From Candidatus Woesearchaeota archaeon (GTDB taxonomy: Archaea > Nanobdellota > Nanobdellia > Woesearchaeales > SKIA01): 64,000 bases of DNA. The position numbers and the translations under genes are program-made. Shown piece after piece: positions 58,948 through 64,000 of the stretch (position 1 is its first letter; each line of letters opens with the position of its first letter). The notes under the pieces were generated by a model. The model had not been told where the DNA came from. It made no database searches and saw only the letters and a list, made by a program, of their open reading frames with translations. Location: NCBI GenBank assembly GCA_046704725.1, contig JBJKRI010000003.1:32001-96000 (forward strand), given 5' to 3'.

Positions 58948-59487
58948 TTACGGTCGCACCCAGCGGATCTCGTAGTAGGTGACGTCGGCCTCGTCGTCCA
59001 CGATGCCGATCATGAGGCGCTTTTTCGTGCTGTGCGCCACGCGGTTCTTGGCCGCGAACTCGTACCAGGTCTGCTTCTCGCCCTCGTGGACGGGATACAC
59101 CACCCAGCGCGCGTGGTCCTCACCGGGCTTGATGCCCCGGTCGTAGACCCGGAAGTCGGCTCCGAACTTGAGCGCCGTCTTGACCACGTATCCCCTGTTG
59201 CGCAGGTCCTTGTAGACGCTGTAGCGCACCCAGAAGTCCGGCTCCACGCGCCGCGCGCGCCGCAGGTAGCTCTCGAAGCTGACGGTCTTTCCGCGCCCGT
59301 CCACGACTTCGATGCGTCCCTTCTCGGATAGATACAGTCCTTCGAGCAGGCTGAGCTGGAGCTTGCCGTCCTCGAGCAGGACGCCGTATGCGCTCTGCGA
59401 GCGCAGTTCATTGGCCTCGTCGCTCTGCTCGAGCAGGACTCGTTCGCGGGCCAGGATCGCCTTGAGGGCTTGCCGCTTCTCTTCCAT
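58948..59487 (-). CDS. endA: tRNA-intron endonuclease (single-unit)
   Basis: LSLLEGLYL, VYKDLRNRGY, KFGADFRVY, HA, RVAHSTKK. Confidence 0.96.
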   Translation of the reverse strand: MEEKRQALKAILARERVLLEQSDEANELRSQSAYGVLLEDGKLQLSLLEGLYLSEKGRIEVVDGRGKTVSFESYLRRARRVEPDFWVRYSVYKDLRNRGYVVKTALKFGADFRVYDRGIKPGEDHARWVVYPVHEGEKQTWYEFAAKNRVAHSTKKRLMIGIVDDEADVTYYEIRWVRP

Positions 59488-59672
59488 GTTCTCGGGGACA
59501 CCCTTCGCGCTTTAAAATCCACCGGAAATCCCCGTTTTGTGGCCTTTTTTGGCTAATGGTGTATATTTTTTCCATATCTCCTTAAAAACGATGTTTGGCA
59601 GTTCAACGCAGCCTCCGGAACGCGTTTCCGGACCGTCGCTCCCCGACAGAGGAAGAGACGGAAGGTACCCCC

Positions 59673-60047
59673 ATGGCAGTTGCCAGAAAGAAAACCTCCA
59701 GAAGGGCGGCCAAGCGTCCGGCGAAGCGGACGGCCAAGAAGACGGCCAGGAAATCCGCGAAGCGTCCGGCGCGAAAGACGGCGAAGAAGCGTACGGTCAA
59801 GCGCGCTACGAAGCGCACTGCGAAGCGTGCTACCAAGAAGCGTACCGCTAAGCGTGCTACCAAGAAGCGTACGGCCAAGCGCGCGTCCAAGCGTACCGCG
59901 AAGAAGTCCGCGAAGAAGCGTACCGCTAAGCGTGCCACCAAGAAGAGCACTGCGAAGCGTGCTACCAAGAAGCGAACGACCAAGCGTGCCGCGAAGAAGA
60001 CGACCCGTCGCCCCGCCCGAAAGGCCTCCAAGAGATCCCGCAAATAA
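59673..60047 (+). CDS. histone H1-like Lys/Arg/Ala/Thr repeat protein
   Basis: 124 aa without acidic residues; KRTAKRATK repeats; GAAGGT upstream and a T-run downstream. Confidence 0.85.
   Translation: MAVARKKTSRRAAKRPAKRTAKKTARKSAKRPARKTAKKRTVKRATKRTAKRATKKRTAKRATKKRTAKRASKRTAKKSAKKRTAKRATKKSTAKRATKKRTTKRAAKKTTRRPARKASKRSRK
59790..59990 (+). repeat. imperfect 27-nt coding tandem repeat (AAGCGTGCTACCAAGAAGCGTACCGCT-like)
   Basis: Repeated units visible within the H1-like ORF. Confidence 0.8.
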
Positions 60048-60067
60048 TCAATTCAAGACTGAATAGA

Positions 60068-60091
60068 TTCTTGTTTTCTTTTTTTCTTCTC
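60068..60091 (+). terminator. archaeal oligo-T terminator
   Basis: TTCTTGTTTTCTTTTTTTCTTCT about 20 nt after the stop codon. Confidence 0.7.
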
Positions 60092-60190
60092 ATTCAAACT
60101 TCGATTCTGTATTGCTCGTTTTTCACAATGTTTTTAACCGAATCGCTCCGGTACGCGCGCATCCCTGTTGCGCAGGGCGGAGGTGCCCTG

Positions 60191-60235
60191 ATGGCTGCCA
60201 AGAAGACGAAGAAGAAGGCGACGAAGAAGAAGTAG
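60191..60235 (+). CDS. 14-aa lysine-rich micropeptide MAAKKTKKKATKKK
   Basis: GGAGGTG SD at 60179-60185, TTTTTAA at 60131, all Lys codons AAG, T-rich tract downstream. Confidence 0.6.
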   Translation: MAAKKTKKKATKKK

Positions 60236-60319
60236 TTGCCGCGTCGCACCATACGCGAAACGATCCATTTTTCCTTTGTCTCCGTACCCTTTTTAAGGCC
60301 CTTCCCACTCTCGCCCCGC

Positions 60320-61231
60320 ATGCAGCTGTGCTTTCTCGGAACCGGAGCGATGGTCCCCACGAAGGAGAGGAACGTCTCTTCCGTGCTCCTCGAGTACGAG
60401 GGGGAGTTCATCCTCTTCGACTGCGGCGAAGGCACGCAGCGCCAGATGAACCTGGCCGGCTACAATCGCACCAAGGTCAAGAAGGTCCTCCTCACGCACT
60501 GGCACGGCGACCACGTCTCCGGCCTGATCGGATTGATCCAGACCATCGGCAACGTGCCCGAGCCCGGCACGCTCGTCGTCGTCGGCCCCAAGGAGACCCG
60601 CCAGCGCCTCGACGCGCTCACCCACAGCGCGATCTTCGACGCCCGTCTCCATCTCGACGTGCACGAGATCGCTCCGGGAAAGCCTGAGAAGGTCCTCGAC
60701 ACCGAGCGCTACGAGATCTGGGCCGCGCCCGTCGAGCACACAGTCCCCACGCTGGCATACGCTTTTGTCGAAAAGGACGTGCGCCGCATCGACACGGAGA
60801 AGGCCGCTCGCCTCGGCCTCAAGCCAGGACCCTTCATGGGCAAGCTCTCGCGCGGCAAGCCCGTCGAGCTCGACGGCAAGACCATCACGCCCGAGATGGT
60901 CACCTACGTCCAGAAGGGGCGAAAGATCGCGTACGTCATGGACACGGGCGTGAACGAGAACGCCATCCGCCTCGCCGAGGACGCCGACGTCCTCATCTGC
61001 GAAAGCACGTTCAGCGCAGACCAGCACCAGGAAAAAGCGGAGGAGTACGGTCATCTCTCGGCGCGCGACGCCGCCCACATCGCCCGAGCCGCCAATGTCA
61101 AGAAGCTCGTCATCACTCACTTCTCCCAGCGCTACGTGACGAGCACTCCGTTGCTTGAAGAAGCGCAGGACACCTTTCCCAATACGGTCGCCGCCTACGA
61201 CTTCTTGCAGATGGACGTTCAGCGTGCTTGA
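60320..61231 (+). CDS. rnz: ribonuclease Z
   Basis: FLGTG..PTKERN, FDCGEGTQRQ, THWHGDH, exosite GP, ICESTF, HFSQRY. Confidence 0.97.
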   Translation: MQLCFLGTGAMVPTKERNVSSVLLEYEGEFILFDCGEGTQRQMNLAGYNRTKVKKVLLTHWHGDHVSGLIGLIQTIGNVPEPGTLVVVGPKETRQRLDALTHSAIFDARLHLDVHEIAPGKPEKVLDTERYEIWAAPVEHTVPTLAYAFVEKDVRRIDTEKAARLGLKPGPFMGKLSRGKPVELDGKTITPEMVTYVQKGRKIAYVMDTGVNENAIRLAEDADVLICESTFSADQHQEKAEEYGHLSARDAAHIARAANVKKLVITHFSQRYVTSTPLLEEAQDTFPNTVAAYDFLQMDVQRA

Positions 61232-61623
61232 TTATGGTCGATAGCGCGGAGAACCACTTCGAGCATTCCTTGCTCATTCTCGTCTGTGGCCTATTCTCGC
61301 CACTCTGCGAGGAATTCACGGGTGGGCCGCAACGCAGAGATGTCGCGATCGAATGTGATCTCTGTTCCGCCGCGGCCTTCGGTCGCGAGGTGATAACGCA
61401 CTACTCCATCCCGTGTCACACTGATATCGTGTAATTCCTGACTGCCATCAGGAGAATTGTCGCGTATAGCTGATTTCTACGGGAATGGCTGGTGGTAGAC
61501 CCCGAGTTTGCCACGTGGTCGCGCGGTATTGATAAGAAACTGGTGTTGCTCATCTTCTGTGGACCGTATCACGCTGTAGATATCGGCCGCCCCTGAGAAT
61601 ATCCCTTGATTGCTTGCGGCCAC
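61219..61623 (-). pseudogene. possible pseudogene: protein-like frame interrupted by two TAG codons
   Basis: Manual translation; in-frame TAG at 61477-61479 and 61291-61293, terminal TGA at 61219-61221. Confidence 0.35.
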
Positions 61624-61661
61624 AGTTGCGGAGGGATGATACTCCTGAATATCAGTTTCTC

Positions 61662-61877
61662 TCAGGCGTTCTGCCGGACGGCGAGCTTGACGTCCTCGTC
61701 CTTGATGGTCTTTCTGCCGGCGTGCTCGGCGAATTTTATCGCTCGTTCACCGTAGCGGTTCGCGAGATCGGTGCAGATGTTCCGGAGTTCCTCTTTCGCG
61801 TCCTCGGAGACGCGCTCTGCCCCTGCACGCGTGATGATACGCTCCATCGCTGCCAGGGGGATGCTGCGTGTTGCCAT
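61662..61877 (-). CDS. archaeal histone (HMf family)
   Basis: IPLAAMERII..AGAERVSEDA, AEHAGRKTIKDEDVKLA. Confidence 0.96.
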   Translation of the reverse strand: MATRSIPLAAMERIITRAGAERVSEDAKEELRNICTDLANRYGERAIKFAEHAGRKTIKDEDVKLAVRQNA

Positions 61878-62001
61878 ATCTCCCGTGAAGCCATCACGGT
61901 ATTTAAGCCCTGTGCATGATGCCATCGCGTCCGGAATACCTTTTTTCCCACTGGACGCGCACGAGGCGTCGCTTTAAGAACCACAAGACGGCTATGAACG
62001 C

Positions 62002-62190
62002 ATGCTCACTGTCCAGTGCCCGTCGTGCGGCCACCAGCAGCGCACCCAGCCAAAGAACGTGATGCGCAGCGTCAAGCGCTGCGTCTACTGCGGGAAGTCC
62101 TTCAAGATACACTCAGGCGCGGACAGCCGTATCGTGCGTCCTGACGGTCGTTTCACCAACCGCCAAGCTCGCGCGCCAGATCGATGCTGA
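62002..62190 (+). CDS. small CPxCG zinc-ribbon protein
   Basis: CPSCGH...CVYCGKSF; TTTAAG upstream. Confidence 0.75.
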   Translation: MLTVQCPSCGHQQRTQPKNVMRSVKRCVYCGKSFKIHSGADSRIVRPDGRFTNRQARAPDRC

Positions 62191-62842
62191 CCGGCTTGTC
62201 CGCGCCGAGGAACTCCACGTATTTCGCATCAGGGTAGTGTTCGGCCTGCGCTCTGCGCTGGAGGGTCAGGAATTCGATGAGCTTGCTGCCACGCAGTTGC
62301 GTCTGGCTCTTGTGGCAGTCCCACAGTTTTTGCATCGTGTCGAGTACAGAATCAACCGGCACGGCGATCCGTGCTTCGCGCGAACCGACCATGTACCAGA
62401 GGATGCTGTGCGTCTTGTGCTTCTCGGCCGTCAGTTCAGACACGCCGAAGCGCGCGTACCGCGCGCCGTCCCGAACGAGCAATCCCATGATTCGGTGCTC
62501 GGGGTGCGCTCTTCCATCTAGCACGTCGCCCGACAGTCCCCACCAGTTGCTCAGGATAAGTTCGGGCTGTACGTCGCGGATGATCTGTGCCACCTGCAGC
62601 GTGTGCTTCCGGTCGTGCTCGAGCGAGGTGTCCGGCAGTCCCTGCCAGAGCAGTTTCGCGCCGAGCAGTTCCGCCGCTGCTTCCTGTTCTTTCTTGCGCG
62701 TCTTCGTATCGCCGTAGCTGCCCGCGCTGCCGTCCGTCATGACTGCCATGACGAGCTCGTGACGTTTCGCGAGCAATGCCAATGTGCCGCCGAGGGCGAA
62801 CTCCGCGTCGTCTGGATGTGCAGAGAATACAAGGATTCGCAT
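62153..62842 (-). CDS. PIG-L/LmbE family deacetylase
   Basis: AHPDDAE..GG, TDGSAG, RKKE, HPEH, HKSQ. Confidence 0.92.
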   Translation of the reverse strand: MRILVFSAHPDDAEFALGGTLALLAKRHELVMAVMTDGSAGSYGDTKTRKKEQEAAAELLGAKLLWQGLPDTSLEHDRKHTLQVAQIIRDVQPELILSNWWGLSGDVLDGRAHPEHRIMGLLVRDGARYARFGVSELTAEKHKTHSILWYMVGSREARIAVPVDSVLDTMQKLWDCHKSQTQLRGSKLIEFLTLQRRAQAEHYPDAKYVEFLGADKPVSIDLARELGGW

Positions 62843-63037
62843 GGTGGTGCGAGGTTCTTCACTGATTTAAGGCCATCGTTCACCTTTCACCATATAGACA
62901 ATAAATACAAACTTCCATAAGGAAAGAAATTGTGTCGGAGCCGACCTGCCGAAAGAGCGGAATTCCTGCGCGAGAAGCGGTGAGAAGCCAGTATCTGAAT
63001 CCCGAAACCTTATAAATACGCCCGCGTCACACAAACC

Positions 63038-64000
63038 ATGCCAGAAGAAGTCTCCGCGCGCGTCATCGAGGACGAGATGCGGGACGCCTACATGGCCTAC
63101 GCGATGAGCGTGATTGTGGGCCGCGCACTGCCCCACGTGCGCGACGGGCTCAAGCCCGTCCATCGTCGGATCCTCTATGCCATGCTCGACATGGGCATGC
63201 GCCACAACCAACCCTACAAGAAGAGCGCGCGCATCGTCGGAGAGGTCCTCGGAAAGTACCATCCCCACGGTGACTCCGCCGTCTACGACGCGGCCGTGCG
63301 CATGGTGCAGGACTTCAGCCTGCGATACCCATTGATTGACGGGCAAGGAAACTTCGGCAACATCGATGGCGACTCGCCAGCGGCGATGCGATACACCGAG
63401 ACCCGTCTTGCCAAGATCAGCCAGGAACTCCTCAGCGACATCGACAAGGAGACCGTCGACTGGTCCGAGAACTTCGACGGAAGCCTCAAAGAACCGTGGG
63501 TGCTCCCCGGTCCCCTGCCCAACCTGCTCATCAACGGCTCTGCCGGCATCGCCGTCGGCATGGCCACCAACATGCCGCCGCACAACCTCACAGAGATCGC
63601 CGCCGCGCTCATCGCCTTCATCGACGATCCAGAACTGGATGTCTCCGAGCTCTTGGAGCTCGTCCCTGGCCCGGACTTCCCGACCGGCGGCATCATCTGC
63701 GGACGCTCCGGCATCCGCAGCGCCTACCAGACCGGACGCGGCAAGGTCGTCGTGCGCGGCGTCATCGAACGCGAAGAGAAGAAGGACCATGTCCGTCTCA
63801 TCGTCACCGAGATCCCATACCAAGTCGTCAAGGCAGACCTCATCACCCAGATCGCTGACCTCGTGCGCGACAAGCGCCTCGAGGGCATCAGCGACATCCG
63901 CGACGAGAGCGACCGCCGCGGCATGCGCGTCGTCCTCACCCTCAAGCGCGACGCGAATCCCGACGTGGTGGAGAACCAGCTCTACAAGCACACACGATTG
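63038..64000 (+). CDS. gyrA: DNA gyrase subunit A (partial; runs off the window)
   Basis: Manual translation: [46 protein letters not shown]; TATA at about 63009. Confidence 0.97.
   Translation, partial: MPEEVSARVIEDEMRDAYMAYAMSVIVGRALPHVRDGLKPVHRRILYAMLDMGMRHNQPYKKSARIVGEVLGKYHPHGDSAVYDAAVRMVQDFSLRYPLIDGQGNFGNIDGDSPAAMRYTETRLAKISQELLSDIDKETVDWSENFDGSLKEPWVLPGPLPNLLINGSAGIAVGMATNMPPHNLTEIAAALIAFIDDPELDVSELLELVPGPDFPTGGIICGRSGIRSAYQTGRGKVVVRGVIEREEKKDHVRLIVTEIPYQVVKADLITQIADLVRDKRLEGISDIRDESDRRGMRVVLTLKRDANPDVVENQLYKHTRL

Noticed and set aside
59700-60040. Tandem repeats as a possible CRISPR array
   Set aside because: No unique spacers; the repeats are in-frame and degenerate at codon third positions; no cas genes
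62843-63037. AT-rich gap before gyrA as a replication origin or ncRNA
   Set aside because: No ORB-like repeats, adjacent cdc6 or stable structure; explained by divergent promoters

Overview
This is a GC-rich, gene-dense archaeal chromosomal segment. A fused single-chain primase, an N-terminally extended S14, a 'RRRAQ' class III signal peptide, gyrase alongside a histone, and almost no biosynthetic genes point by inference to a DPANN lineage, most likely Woesearchaeales. It carries PolD (end of DP1, all of DP2), Hef, primase, the full L3-to-L15/secY ribosomal superoperon (without adk and cmk), pheST, tyrS, pelota, RFC-S, PAN, FEN1, EndA, RNase Z, a histone and the start of gyrA, with orphan ORFs interspersed. 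I recognised no rRNA, tRNA, CRISPR array or transposase. The most notable observations are: (1) a 7-kb cluster of paralogous Cys-containing surface proteins headed by a pilin-type signal peptide protein; (2) an ArmA/Rmt-family 16S rRNA methyltransferase coupled to pelota; (3) a near-identical 26-nt element encoding AAKPAPKSP in the tails of L4, L22 and S5; (4) a chromatin neighbourhood with an H1-like protein and a 14-aa lysine micropeptide behind switchable hairpins; (5) a pseudoknot-capable leader upstream of L3; (6) a primase lacking its Fe-S cysteines; (7) three neighbouring apparent pseudoenzymes. All family assignments come from motif recognition by eye, not from database searches.
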